From: a virus
Taxonomy: Duplodnaviria; Heunggongvirae; Uroviricota; Caudoviricetes
Length of the DNA: 36,457 nt
Strand: one strand, 5' to 3'
IMG/VR virus record: IMGVR_UViG_2671180405_000008
The position numbers and the translations under genes were made by a program. Below the pieces are notes generated by a model. That model saw only the letters and a list, made by a program, of their open reading frames with translations, was not told the origin of the DNA and ran no database searches. Positions 19,038-28,542 of the stretch are shown one piece after another; the first letter of the stretch is position 1; each line of letters opens with the position of its first letter.

Positions 19038-19060
19038 AAAAAATTTGCTCCTTTGTCTTA

Positions 19061-19897
19061 TCAGAAGTCAGCCAGCTGGTCGGAGGCTGCGCCCGTTGCG
19101 GTGAACCGGTTCTGCGGATCGCCGTCCTGCGTGCGCAGTTTTTCCTTCAGTGCTGTCAGCTCCGTGGTCAGTAAAGTGATTTTCTGGCTGTCCTGCTGAT
19201 GGCGTGTTTCCAGCGCATTAAAACGGTCGATAATGTCGGCCTGTGACGTTGCGACGCTTTCCACCGCTTCCTGAATACGGGAGAAACTGGCGTCATCCGC
19301 TTTGCGGCCACGACCAATAATCCCCATTACGCGGTTAAACCACTGGGTGCCTTCTTCCTGGCGTTGTTCTGCCATTTCGATGATTTCAGACTCGATGGCT
19401 TCGGAGATAAGCGGTGCTTCACCCTGGATACTGTTGAACGTCATCACCGCCTGACGTTGCTGTGCCGTGAATTTCAGGCGCTCAGTGCCCAGGCTTGCCG
19501 GGGTGTCGGTCATCGCCAGCCCGACCAGATAGGCGCGCCCGTTAACGGAGAACTGCGGGTGCAGTTCGATACTGGAATAGATTTTCTTGCCGTCCGCGAC
19601 AAGCTGCTTCATGCGCTCGGTCGGTTCGATTTCTGCATACAGCGCAGTACGTCCGGCCAGCGGACCTTCCGTAATGTCTTCCGTACTCAGTGCGGTGACA
19701 TCGCCCATTGCGGAAAATTCGCTTGACGGGCATGGCGAGAGATAGTGCTCAACGTTCACGCGGGCAGCGTAAACATCCGGGTTGAAGTTCTCGGCGGCTT
19801 CACGCAGATGCACCGGACTGATTTCACGGCCATCAACAGTTGATCCGGAGACAGCCACGCGAAACTTTTTGCGGGATGTCTTTTTTTCATTAGCCAT
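19061..19897 (-). CDS. Capsid scaffolding protein O (P2 gpO-like); start at MANEKK
   Basis: ORF 19061-19930 translation; YLVGLAMTDTPASLGTE block matches P2 O. Confidence 0.8.
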   Translation of the reverse strand: MANEKKTSRKKFRVAVSGSTVDGREISPVHLREAAENFNPDVYAARVNVEHYLSPCPSSEFSAMGDVTALSTEDITEGPLAGRTALYAEIEPTERMKQLVADGKKIYSSIELHPQFSVNGRAYLVGLAMTDTPASLGTERLKFTAQQRQAVMTFNSIQGEAPLISEAIESEIIEMAEQRQEEGTQWFNRVMGIIGRGRKADDASFSRIQEAVESVATSQADIIDRFNALETRHQQDSQKITLLTTELTALKEKLRTQDGDPQNRFTATGAASDQLADF

Positions 19898-19930
19898 AGT
19901 TTTTGCCCCTCTGACTGGTTCTTCAGTCAT

Positions 19931-20051
19931 GATGGCAAAGCGTAACAGGCTGATACAAAGGGCTTTTGTTGTAAGAAAACGGCCAGAACAGGGGGTTAAG
20001 GAGAACGGTTTCGCGCGCGGGTAATCTTCCTGTAATTACTCAGGGGGAGCA
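19931..20051. promoter_or_regulatory. Divergent late-promoter region between the O and P operons (expected Ogr/activator-dependent promoters)
   Basis: Intergenic position equivalent to P2 PO/PP; individual promoter elements not resolved by eye. Confidence 0.35.
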
Positions 20052-21803
20052 ATGATTCAGGACGCTTTTGTGCGCCAGCGTGCGCGGCAACTTTACTGGC
20101 AGGGTTATCCGCCCGCAGAAATATCACGTCTGATGGGAATAAACCCGAACACGATTTATGCGTGGAAAAAACGCGACCAGTGGGATGAAACGCCACCCGT
20201 GCAGCGTGTCACGCAGTCCATCGATGCGCGCCTCATCCAGCTTACTGAAAAACAGAATAAAACAGGTGGTGACTTTAAGGAAATAGACCTGCTGACCCGG
20301 CAGCTTAAAAAACTGCATGATGGCCAGCCGGATGCGACGGCCACAGGAAAGAAAGGCCGGGCGAAAAAACTCAAAAATCATTTCACGCCGGAACAGATTG
20401 CCGCACTGCGGGAAAAAATCATCAGCAGGCTGGAGTGGCATCAGCGGGGCTGGTTTGACTCCCTGACGCTTTGCAGGGAAGCCGGGATACGTAACAGGAT
20501 GATCCTGAAATCCCGACAGATTGGGGCGACCTGGTATTTTGCACAGGAAGCACTGCTGATGGCGCTGCGTGACGATGTGGCACAACCTTACCAGCGTAAC
20601 CAGATTTTTTTGTCTGCGTCGCGTCGTCAGGCGTTCCAGTTTAAAAGCATTATTCAGAAGGCCGCGGCTGAAGTCGATGTGGAGCTGAAAGGGGGCGATA
20701 AAATCATCCTCTCCAACGGCGCAGAGATGCATTTTCTCGGCACTTCTGCTGCGACGGCGCAATCTTACACGGGCAATTTTTATTTTGATGAATTTTTCTG
20801 GGTCAGTCGCTTTGCTGAACTGCGCAAGGTGGCTGGCGCTATGGCAACCCTCAGCGGACTGCGGCGCACCTGCTTCTCCACGCCATCCACCGAAACGCAC
20901 GAGGCATACGCCTACTGGAACGGCGACCGCTGGAACGAGAAAAAGGCCGCGCATAAACGCCAGCGTTTTTCTGTGGACTGGAAAACGCTGCATAACGGGC
21001 TTATCTGCCCTGACCGGACGTGGCGGCAAATTGTCACGCTGGAAGATGTGGTTAATCACGGCTGGAAACACACCGATATTGATGAAATTCGTGATGAAAA
21101 CACCGAAGACGAGTTCCGCAATCTCTATATGTGTGAGTTTGTCCGCGAAGGGGAATCGGCATTTAACCTGAATATCCTGATTGGCTGCGGTGTTGACGGA
21201 TACGACGACTGGAAAGACTGGAAACCCTTTGCCCCCCGCCCGATGGGGAATCGTCCGGTATGGATTGGGTATGACGCAAACGGCAGCAGTGGTAACGGCG
21301 ACAGCGGCGCTGTGTCCGTGGTGGTTCCTCCGGCTGTTCCTGGTGGTCGTTTCAGAACGGTGGAGACGCGACGCGTTCAGGGGCTGGAATTTGAAGAGCA
21401 GGCCAGAGTTATTGAAGAGTTCACGTATCGCTACAACGTGGAACACATCGGCATTGATGCGACGGGAGGGCACGGGGATGCCGTCTATCAGATAGTGAAA
21501 CGGTTTTTTCCCGCCGCCATCCCTTACACCTTCACGCTGTCATCAAAACGGTCGCTGGTACTGAAAATGCTGCAAATAATGCGTGCCGGGCGGTGGGAAT
21601 ACGATCGCGCCGAACGCGAGCTGGTTGCGGCCTTTAACGCCGTGCGTAAGGTGAAAACACCGGGCGGTTTTATCACTTACGAAACGGACCGCGCGAGGGG
21701 GATCAGCCACGGCGACCTTGCGTGGGCAACCATGCTTGCTGTCATTAACGAACCGATTGGCGGCGAAGGAGAAAACGAGCGTTTCACGGTTATGGAGTTC
21801 TGA
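20052..21803 (+). CDS. Terminase large (ATPase) subunit P (P2 gpP-like)
   Basis: 583 aa, first gene of the rightward late operon. Confidence 0.9.
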   Translation: MIQDAFVRQRARQLYWQGYPPAEISRLMGINPNTIYAWKKRDQWDETPPVQRVTQSIDARLIQLTEKQNKTGGDFKEIDLLTRQLKKLHDGQPDATATGKKGRAKKLKNHFTPEQIAALREKIISRLEWHQRGWFDSLTLCREAGIRNRMILKSRQIGATWYFAQEALLMALRDDVAQPYQRNQIFLSASRRQAFQFKSIIQKAAAEVDVELKGGDKIILSNGAEMHFLGTSAATAQSYTGNFYFDEFFWVSRFAELRKVAGAMATLSGLRRTCFSTPSTETHEAYAYWNGDRWNEKKAAHKRQRFSVDWKTLHNGLICPDRTWRQIVTLEDVVNHGWKHTDIDEIRDENTEDEFRNLYMCEFVREGESAFNLNILIGCGVDGYDDWKDWKPFAPRPMGNRPVWIGYDANGSSGNGDSGAVSVVVPPAVPGGRFRTVETRRVQGLEFEEQARVIEEFTYRYNVEHIGIDATGGHGDAVYQIVKRFFPAAIPYTFTLSSKRSLVLKMLQIMRAGRWEYDRAERELVAAFNAVRKVKTPGGFITYETDRARGISHGDLAWATMLAVINEPIGGEGENERFTVMEF

Positions 21804-22849
21804 TGAGCAGAAAAAATAAAAAAGTGCGCATGAGTTCACGCATTGATCTCGCTGATGCGCTCAGGAAAGAATCGTCGCTCAGTGCATTCACATTTGATGG
21901 TCCTTACCGCCTGACCGGGCATGACCTGCTGGACAATATGTACTGTGCTGATAACGGGCGGTGGTATGAAACCCCGGTGGACTGGTACGGTCTGGCAAGA
22001 GCTGCCCGGCAAACGTCCTGGCATCAGTCTGCGCTTTACTTTAAGCGCAATGTATTGCTCGGCTGCTATATTCCGCACCCGCTGCTTTCCCGGCAGGATT
22101 TCTCGGCGCTGGCGCTGGACTGGTTTGTGTTCGGTAACGCATTCCTTGAGCTTCGGAGCAATATGCTCGGCGAACCGCTTAAATTACGGCACGCCCTGGC
22201 GAAATACATGCGACGCGGAAGCGATCTTGAATCATGGTGGTATGTGCAGGATGGCAAGGATGCGTTTCAGTTTCGTCCTGGCAAAGTGTGCCACCTGATG
22301 AATCCGGATATTAACCAGGAAATCTACGGCATGCCGGAATATCTTGGCGCATTACTCTCGGCCAGCCTTTCTCATTCGGCGGACATGTTCAGAAAACTGT
22401 ACTACGACAACGGATCCCACGCCGGGTGCATCATCTACATCGGTGCAGCGCAGGTAAACCGCGAAAGCATGGACTCCCTGAAAGAAACGCTACAGGGGGC
22501 ACGTGGTGGTGGTGCGTTTAAAAACGTGCTCATTCATGCGCCCAACGGGGGCAAAGAGGGGGTGCAAATTTTGCCGTTCCAGCAGATCACCGCAAAGGAT
22601 GAGTTCATGAATGTTAAGGCGGCATCCCGTGATGATGTGCTGGCTGCGCACCGCGTTCCGCCGCAACTGATGGGGGCGATGCCGGGCGAAAAAAGTGCGT
22701 TTGGTGATGTGGAGAAGGCCGCGCGGGTTTACGCAATTAACGAGCTGATGCCCGTCATGGAGGCCATGAAGCACATCAATGACTGGCTTGGCGAAGAGGT
22801 GATCCGCTTTAACCCTTACGCACTGTTAGACACCCAGCCCACATCCTGA
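21803..22849 (+). CDS. Portal protein Q (P2 gpQ-like)
   Basis: 348 aa, follows P. Confidence 0.9.
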   Translation: MSRKNKKVRMSSRIDLADALRKESSLSAFTFDGPYRLTGHDLLDNMYCADNGRWYETPVDWYGLARAARQTSWHQSALYFKRNVLLGCYIPHPLLSRQDFSALALDWFVFGNAFLELRSNMLGEPLKLRHALAKYMRRGSDLESWWYVQDGKDAFQFRPGKVCHLMNPDINQEIYGMPEYLGALLSASLSHSADMFRKLYYDNGSHAGCIIYIGAAQVNRESMDSLKETLQGARGGGAFKNVLIHAPNGGKEGVQILPFQQITAKDEFMNVKAASRDDVLAAHRVPPQLMGAMPGEKSAFGDVEKAARVYAINELMPVMEAMKHINDWLGEEVIRFNPYALLDTQPTS

Positions 22850-22876
22850 CGCGCTTCGCTTGTCTGCTGCTTCGCC

Positions 22877-22899
22877 GGGGCATAAAAAATTTATGCCCC
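22877..22899. terminator. Perfect palindromic hairpin after the portal gene (possible terminator)
   Basis: ggggcataaa aaa tttatgcccc; no clear U-tract, so termination activity is uncertain. Confidence 0.3.
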
Positions 22900-23340
22900 G
22901 ACTCTCCAGCTCCTGTATCAGTCAGATAATTTCACGACGCTTTCCTGCTGATTGCCATCATCGACAGTCAGACTCTTACGCAATCCCACCTCGTTGACTG
23001 CATATTCTCGCCGTCTCAGTGCGATTTTGACGGCCTTACCTTTCACCCCATCAAATCAAAAGCCCTCACGTCTTTTTCACGCTCAGCGTGAGAAATACAG
23101 CCATTCTGTTGTATCTCTGCGACATCGTTCAGGGAATGCTATTTACCCCCTGAAACGCGGGCTGTTCCCCCGTCACCTGCGCGCAGAAAAAACGCGTTTT
23201 TTTGTGCATGCACGGATCCTTGACGGATCCAGCCGCCACGCGGGCCGGAAGGGCAAAAAGTCGTTCAAAAAAATTGTGCAAATTTGTGCACTATTGTGCA
23301 TTTATAAAATCAACTAAAAAACACCTAGTGTGACTTACCT

Positions 23341-23526
23341 CTACCACTCGATCGGCACGTAGTCATTAAGTTCCGGAGACCAATTGCACTTTTCACATCT
23401 GTGTTTTCCATTCTGGCAGATACATAAACGATAACGGCCACAATGCGGGCACCCATTTTCACCATTATCATAATCACCGAGCGACCATTCCTGCATAAGC
23501 AGCTCTTCTTCATCATCATTTAGCAT
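23341..23526 (-). CDS. Small zinc-ribbon protein (CxxC...CxxC), unknown function
   Basis: 61 aa with CPHCGRYRLCICQNGKHRCEKC; last gene of the parM-led cluster. Confidence 0.4.
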   Translation of the reverse strand: MLNDDEEELLMQEWSLGDYDNGENGCPHCGRYRLCICQNGKHRCEKCNWSPELNDYVPIEW

Positions 23527-23540
23527 TAATCCCCCTTGAG

Positions 23541-23780
23541 CTATTTACTCTTCTCGGCCCTCAAAATCATACGAGAACCATCATCCAGCTCCCAATTAAT
23601 TTCACCGCCTTCTGCCATGACTAGATGCCAAACGAGTTGAGCGGCCTCGTTGGTTACATCGCGACCGCGATCATTTCCTACGCGGCGTTTTGTTCCGTCT
23701 CCTAAGTCACGCATTTTTGCCAATACGATGGTTTTTGATAGCGGTGAAAAACCAAGCTGTAGTCGTGCTGAATTACTCAC
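23541..23780 (-). CDS. Hypothetical protein
   Basis: 79 aa ORF overlapping the upstream gene by 4 bp. Confidence 0.35.
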   Translation of the reverse strand: MSNSARLQLGFSPLSKTIVLAKMRDLGDGTKRRVGNDRGRDVTNEAAQLVWHLVMAEGGEINWELDDGSRMILRAEKSK

Positions 23781-24301
23781 TGGCTGCCCCCTTTGTACTG
23801 TGTTAACTCTTCCTGCTCCTGCATCATGCGATTGACCTGAACGCGTGTGCGTCGAACGGCAAAATTAAATTGAAACATGAGCCGGAACATTTCTGATGCT
23901 TCCGTGTGAGCATCACGGATAGGTGACAGGCGGTACAGTTCTGCCTCCGTAGCTTGTTGAATCAATGACAGATCAAATTGAAGTGCGGGTCTGGTACATT
24001 TTGCACATCTGGCAGCAAGCTCCGGTATTAGTCTCTTAACGAAGGTGTTTTGCACCGCTTTGTTGATTTGTGTCTGCATCCAAATCGCAAATTTCAGCGA
24101 ACGCATAAGTTTGATAGCCTCGGGCAGCGGCAGATAGATCATGCTGGTAGATTTGGGTGGTTGGTGAACCATCTTCACGGATACGCGATTTCGCAGCGTT
24201 CGGAAAATCGTGTTCCCAACAACAGCTTCTACGGATACAGGACAGGGAGCCAGACCAGCCCGCAGTGCTTCTTTCATTAGCATGTATTCGTATTTTTTCA
24301 T
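23777..24301 (-). CDS. Hypothetical protein
   Basis: 174 aa ORF, same strand, tightly packed. Confidence 0.4.
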   Translation of the reverse strand: MKKYEYMLMKEALRAGLAPCPVSVEAVVGNTIFRTLRNRVSVKMVHQPPKSTSMIYLPLPEAIKLMRSLKFAIWMQTQINKAVQNTFVKRLIPELAARCAKCTRPALQFDLSLIQQATEAELYRLSPIRDAHTEASEMFRLMFQFNFAVRRTRVQVNRMMQEQEELTQYKGGSQ

Positions 24302-24361
24302 CGTGTTTTCCTCGTGCGGGGCGACAGTGCACCCCGATAAAATTAAAAGCCGTCAAATTCG

Positions 24362-24673
24362 TCATTCAGGAAATAATGCCCGGATATTCCCTGCTATCTG
24401 ACTGGTTATCTGTGCGGTTGGTACTGGCTGTGGCACGGGGCGTTCTGTCCTGGTTTGTGTCACCGATAACGCCTCATCGTCAGCCCATGCAGCCAGTCGG
24501 TAAGCCTCTGCTGGATTCATTTTCAGAAGTGCCAGCCCGGCCAGAAAAGCCACGCGTTGGCCGCTTTTGCGGGCTTCTGGTGTAAGGCTGCCCAGCCAGG
24601 CGCATGCTTCGCTTTCGTTCTTGACGGCCGCAGGCTTCAGATAGAAACTTATCCGTCTGGTTGGTGTCGTCAT
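24362..24673 (-). CDS. ParR-like centromere-binding adaptor (start at internal MTTPTRR methionine)
   Basis: RRISFYLKP...RVAFLAGLALL...IRALFPE resembles plasmid R1 ParR (RRTIAFKLNP...RAALTAGLALY...LRSLFPK) from memory; directly downstream of the parM-like gene. Confidence 0.5.
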   Translation of the reverse strand: MTTPTRRISFYLKPAAVKNESEACAWLGSLTPEARKSGQRVAFLAGLALLKMNPAEAYRLAAWADDEALSVTQTRTERPVPQPVPTAQITSQIAGNIRALFPE

Positions 24674-24677
24674 TGGT

Positions 24678-25637
24678 TTACTCCTTGTCCATTGCGTACA
24701 GCCCATTAACCAGAGCAAACTGTGGCACCCCGTCCGCGATGAAAGTCGCATTAACTCCGCAGGCTTCGCGGATAGCGGGTGCCACAATCTCCGCCCCTCC
24801 ACCGACAACCATCACCCGCCCGTAACCCGAAAAACCCGCCAGCGCGCGGATCACGCGTTGTTTCAGTGTTTCTTCCTTTTCACGAATAACCGCCATCAGG
24901 CTGGCGTAATGCGCGTCATTGTGGATGTGCTGGCGCAGCCAGGCTTCATCATGGCGATGTTCGATAATGGTATTGGCGATGTGGTGACTGGTGCGCATAC
25001 CGTTAGTGGCCATCACCGACAGTACGGCATCGGCCATCAGAGAAACGCCTACGTGTGGATCGCAAAACACCTGGCTGATACCTGCCAGTTGCCCCTGAAC
25101 CTTTGCCACATCCAGCGTGGTTCCGCCCAAATCCACAATCAGCAGGGATTCAAACGGACTCATGTCAGCCAGTGCCTTAAAGCCAGCCGGAATGGATTCA
25201 GGCATAACCCGCACGTTACGGATAGTGAATGCTTCGCCGTTCTGGTACTCCACCGGGCGCATAACGTTCGCTTTTTTGCGGTTGATGTTGGCCATGTCCG
25301 GCTGTGCGTTTGTGTCGAAATACTCGCTCAGTGGCAGGGTGACAACCACATCCACCTCCTGTGGCGTGATGCCTGATTTGACCAGCGCGTGATGAATGGC
25401 AATGACATTTACATCGCTGTACTGGTATTGCGTGTCGGTTGTCTGGACAAAGCGATCGCTGACCGGATCAAAACCATAGCGCACGCCATCAAGCATGTAG
25501 TTCGCGGGCTGCATGCCACCGAACGGCGCAGACCATTCCGACTTGAAGCTGTTCGGGCTGATGGCGTTGCGGCGTTCGCCGTTCTCAGTCCATGCCAGCT
25601 TGATGTTGGTGGAGCCGTCGTCGATACAAATTTTCAT
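24678..25637 (-). CDS. ParM/StbA-like actin-family segregation ATPase
   Basis: N-terminus MKICIDDGSTNIKLAW, phosphate-2 motif VDLGGTTLDV, adenosine motif VVGGGAEIV; close to R1 ParM. Confidence 0.8.
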   Translation of the reverse strand: MKICIDDGSTNIKLAWTENGERRNAISPNSFKSEWSAPFGGMQPANYMLDGVRYGFDPVSDRFVQTTDTQYQYSDVNVIAIHHALVKSGITPQEVDVVVTLPLSEYFDTNAQPDMANINRKKANVMRPVEYQNGEAFTIRNVRVMPESIPAGFKALADMSPFESLLIVDLGGTTLDVAKVQGQLAGISQVFCDPHVGVSLMADAVLSVMATNGMRTSHHIANTIIEHRHDEAWLRQHIHNDAHYASLMAVIREKEETLKQRVIRALAGFSGYGRVMVVGGGAEIVAPAIREACGVNATFIADGVPQFALVNGLYAMDKE

Positions 25638-25666
25638 GTCGCTTTTCCTTATGTTGATTAATTAAT

Positions 25667-25768
25667 CGTTTACGGGATTCTGAAATCCCGTTTTTGCCTG
25701 TTTTGTGCGCGCTTCATATATCGCTGCGCGTTTTTTGCTCATTTACGGGATTCGTGAGTCCCGTTTCT
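25667..25768. promoter_or_regulatory. Candidate parC-like centromere/promoter: two 20-bp palindromes 73 bp apart upstream of the parM-like gene
   Basis: acgggattctgaaatcccgt (25672-25691) and acgggattcgtgagtcccgt (25745-25764), both preceded by tttacgggattc; second copy lies in the last codons of gene A. Confidence 0.3.
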
Positions 25769-28536
25769 GTCTGTTTTTTGTTTCCACTGGTCAGGCCACC
25801 CCGCAGCAGGTCTGCTTTGCGGCGGGCGCGTTCAGTGGTTTCACTGATTCTCTGTGCGTGCTCTGCGTCGCGGATGGCGCGCAGCATGTCAGAAAGCACG
25901 GTAACGGGTGTTTTCATGGTGTTCTGGTCCTGCTGAAGTGTGGATGCCAGGCGTGCGGCGGCTTCAGGGTCTGATGCCCCCAGCTGTGTCAGATAGCTGG
26001 CGACCGGGTTATGGCGGATCTCCGTGCTGCTTACGCCATGATTACGGCTCAGGCGCTGCCAGAGCTGCGTGATTCGGCTGTCCGGGCGGGTATCCGGTTT
26101 GCGTACAATTTCAAATCCCTGCGGTGCAATGATGCTGCCGTCAACGTACAGACTGCCGCCCCGTAACAGGTGCTGCATCTGTTGTTCACCGATATGCAGG
26201 CCGAGAGATTCAGCAGACTCCCGCCATTCTTTAGCGAGTAATTCGTGGTTATCAGGCAAAGGCCGCTGCTGTTTGCGGCTCTGTGTCCAGCTCTGCATTT
26301 CATCACTGCTGTTTTTTGCCTGTTTGTCACGAAGCGAACGCATCAGCGCCCGGCGTTCGTGCCGTTTCAGTGAGCGCATCCATTCATCCACATCAACGCC
26401 GTCAGGGAGCTGCGGCCACGGTGCTGGCCGTTCTTCCGGCTGTTCTGTCCCGTTGTTGTCCGTTTCCTGTACACGGGGACAGTTATTGCCACGAGTCCAA
26501 GGGGCGGCAGGGCCGCCCTGAAGGTCAAAACCATTTTCGCGGGCGCTGTCTTCCGCTTCCGGTTTGCGTCTTACCAGCTTCCAGTTATCCGGATGCGTGC
26601 ACACACGGGAGGATTCCCCGATGAGTGGTGACCAGATCCCGTAAATCTGTACGCTCTGTTCGCCGTAATCGTTCAGCTCATCGGCGAGGTCGTAGGCGGT
26701 GCGAATCAGGTAGTCTTTGCGTGGAACAAGTACGCCGCCCTGTTTCTCTATGTAGGTGGCAAAACATCCGGCATCAGCGGCGGCAAGAACCGCATCCATT
26801 GCGTCATCCTTCAGCCGTTGCGGGCCTTCCGGGTTGCGTGCCATCTGGCTGGCAAGGCGGCGCAGTTCACGCCATACCTGGCGGGAGGGGATGCCAAAGA
26901 ACTGGAACTGGCGGACCCGGTGAAGGCGCGCCCAGCCGATGGCGCGTTCCACGCTCTCGGCCATTGATTTTCCGGTTTCGTGGTCAACGCGTGGCTTGCC
27001 CGTTTTCGGGTCGATGCCATCCACGGCGCGGCTGTCCAGGTTTTTCCCGATGTAGGTGGCGATGTAGCTGGTTGGCGTGCCTTTTGAGCCGTCTACATAC
27101 TCCGCCTTAAAGCGCGGAGTTATGTCATCGCCCAGCTCGTGACGATCTTCCTGAATGGCAATATCGCGGGTGTGGGACACAATGGTGTCGATTTCTTCCG
27201 GATGAGCAAAGACCATCATATGCCAGTGCACGGTGCCGTCATGGTGAGGCTCCGCCGTGCGGATGCCATACCAGCGCAGGCCGTCGCGGTTCAGTTTTTT
27301 GCGGACCGTCGCAAAAAACGTGTTAACCAGGTAATCGCTGGAGTCGCGCATTGTGGCCCCGTTCCATTTGGGATTCGGATGACCGTTCTCCGTTGTGGCG
27401 TGGTATTTTGACGGGCAGGTGACAGTCAGAAACACCGCTTTGTCGCCACGGGCTTCGGCCAGAAGTTCCAGCCCCTTCATGGTGGCCATCATTTCTGCCT
27501 TACGGTGAACCGGGTTACTTACTCCCGCGTAATACACCGTCTCGAGATCAATCGTGAACCCGTCTTCATTTTCCAGCATGAAACTTTTCAGGAAATCGCG
27601 TGTTTTCTCGCGCTGTGCGCGAAACTCGCTTAACGCGTCCTGGCTCAGATAGGGCGATGTTTTTCTGGAAACCAGACAGGCGGCGCGAAGTTGTTCTTCT
27701 CTCCACTCGCAACGTAACAGCCACAGTTTGCGTTTCCACCATTCCGCACAGGTCAGGCGAAGGATTGCGCCCGGCAGCAGTTCTGTGTCCGGTTCGTGCC
27801 TCCGGTCTTTGTCTGTTGTCAGTGCGTCATAATGCGGAGGCATGGCGTGTAAGTGTAACGCCATGCGGGCCAGCATCTGATACGCCTTCAGCGTTACATC
27901 CATGGTCAGCTCGCCATCAGTCGCGCCAAAACCATCGCAGAGTTTTTCGAAGGTGCTGCTGAACATCGCCGCCGTCATGGTGGCCAGCGTCTGTATCTGG
28001 TGTTTGTTGAGTTGCGGCAGGTAAAGCAAATCGTCCAGGCGTTCACGTCCGGCAAGGGAGCGATAACCCGGTGTCAGCCAGTGTCCGTCAGTGCGATCCA
28101 GACGTTCGAATATTTTGCGCAGGGTTCCGCGTGCATAGCGTTCCGCCTGCCAGCTCTTTTTGCCTTTCCGGCGATCGGCTTCCTGTTTTTTGCGCAGGAA
28201 GGAGAGGTGGCGAATAAGCGGATCGCGCAGATAGGACGGCAGCAGGCGCAGCGAGGCCATGGCTTCATCCACCGCGCCGCGTGCCTGTTTTCTGGCGTCT
28301 CCTGCCAGTGTGATGGTTTTGTCCTGTTTTTCCTGTGCGTCCAGGCTTTTATTAATCAGGTTGCCCAGTGGCGTGGCGGAGAACGCCGCATCAGCCATTT
28401 CCTGGCGGCGCTCGTTCTCTGCCCGGTGGGCATCCAGCCAGGAGGAAAGCGCGGATTCAGGAGCGGGGATCCCCGTTCCTTCACGCCCCACTGCGTGGCG
28501 CGGTTGTTGCCAGTCCCTGATGTACTCTGCCGTCAT
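25714..28536 (-). CDS. Replication initiation endonuclease A (P2 gpA family, rolling-circle)
   Basis: 940 aa; position at the end of the early operon; histidine cluster TVHWHMMVF consistent with an HUH-type nickase. Confidence 0.8.
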   Translation of the reverse strand: MTAEYIRDWQQPRHAVGREGTGIPAPESALSSWLDAHRAENERRQEMADAAFSATPLGNLINKSLDAQEKQDKTITLAGDARKQARGAVDEAMASLRLLPSYLRDPLIRHLSFLRKKQEADRRKGKKSWQAERYARGTLRKIFERLDRTDGHWLTPGYRSLAGRERLDDLLYLPQLNKHQIQTLATMTAAMFSSTFEKLCDGFGATDGELTMDVTLKAYQMLARMALHLHAMPPHYDALTTDKDRRHEPDTELLPGAILRLTCAEWWKRKLWLLRCEWREEQLRAACLVSRKTSPYLSQDALSEFRAQREKTRDFLKSFMLENEDGFTIDLETVYYAGVSNPVHRKAEMMATMKGLELLAEARGDKAVFLTVTCPSKYHATTENGHPNPKWNGATMRDSSDYLVNTFFATVRKKLNRDGLRWYGIRTAEPHHDGTVHWHMMVFAHPEEIDTIVSHTRDIAIQEDRHELGDDITPRFKAEYVDGSKGTPTSYIATYIGKNLDSRAVDGIDPKTGKPRVDHETGKSMAESVERAIGWARLHRVRQFQFFGIPSRQVWRELRRLASQMARNPEGPQRLKDDAMDAVLAAADAGCFATYIEKQGGVLVPRKDYLIRTAYDLADELNDYGEQSVQIYGIWSPLIGESSRVCTHPDNWKLVRRKPEAEDSARENGFDLQGGPAAPWTRGNNCPRVQETDNNGTEQPEERPAPWPQLPDGVDVDEWMRSLKRHERRALMRSLRDKQAKNSSDEMQSWTQSRKQQRPLPDNHELLAKEWRESAESLGLHIGEQQMQHLLRGGSLYVDGSIIAPQGFEIVRKPDTRPDSRITQLWQRLSRNHGVSSTEIRHNPVASYLTQLGASDPEAAARLASTLQQDQNTMKTPVTVLSDMLRAIRDAEHAQRISETTERARRKADLLRGGLTSGNKKQTETGLTNPVNEQKTRSDI

Positions 28537-28542
28537 AGTGAT

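Noticed and set aside
20124-21473. 449-aa ORF on the minus strand
   Set aside because: Lies entirely antisense within the terminase large subunit gene P, whose translation is clearly homologous to P2 P; Arg-rich translation typical of an antisense frame in GC-rich coding DNA
22952-23317. 121-aa plus-strand ORF in the interval after the portal gene
   Set aside because: Arg/Ser-rich, no ribosome-binding site or motif; spans the palindrome and repeat region that more likely serves as the cos/packaging site
25667-25768. The two palindromes upstream of the parM-like gene read as transcription terminators
   Set aside because: Their U-rich tracts are on the plus strand, where no gene is transcribed into them, and the second lies inside the A coding sequence; a ParR-binding or operator role fits better, but this remains unproven
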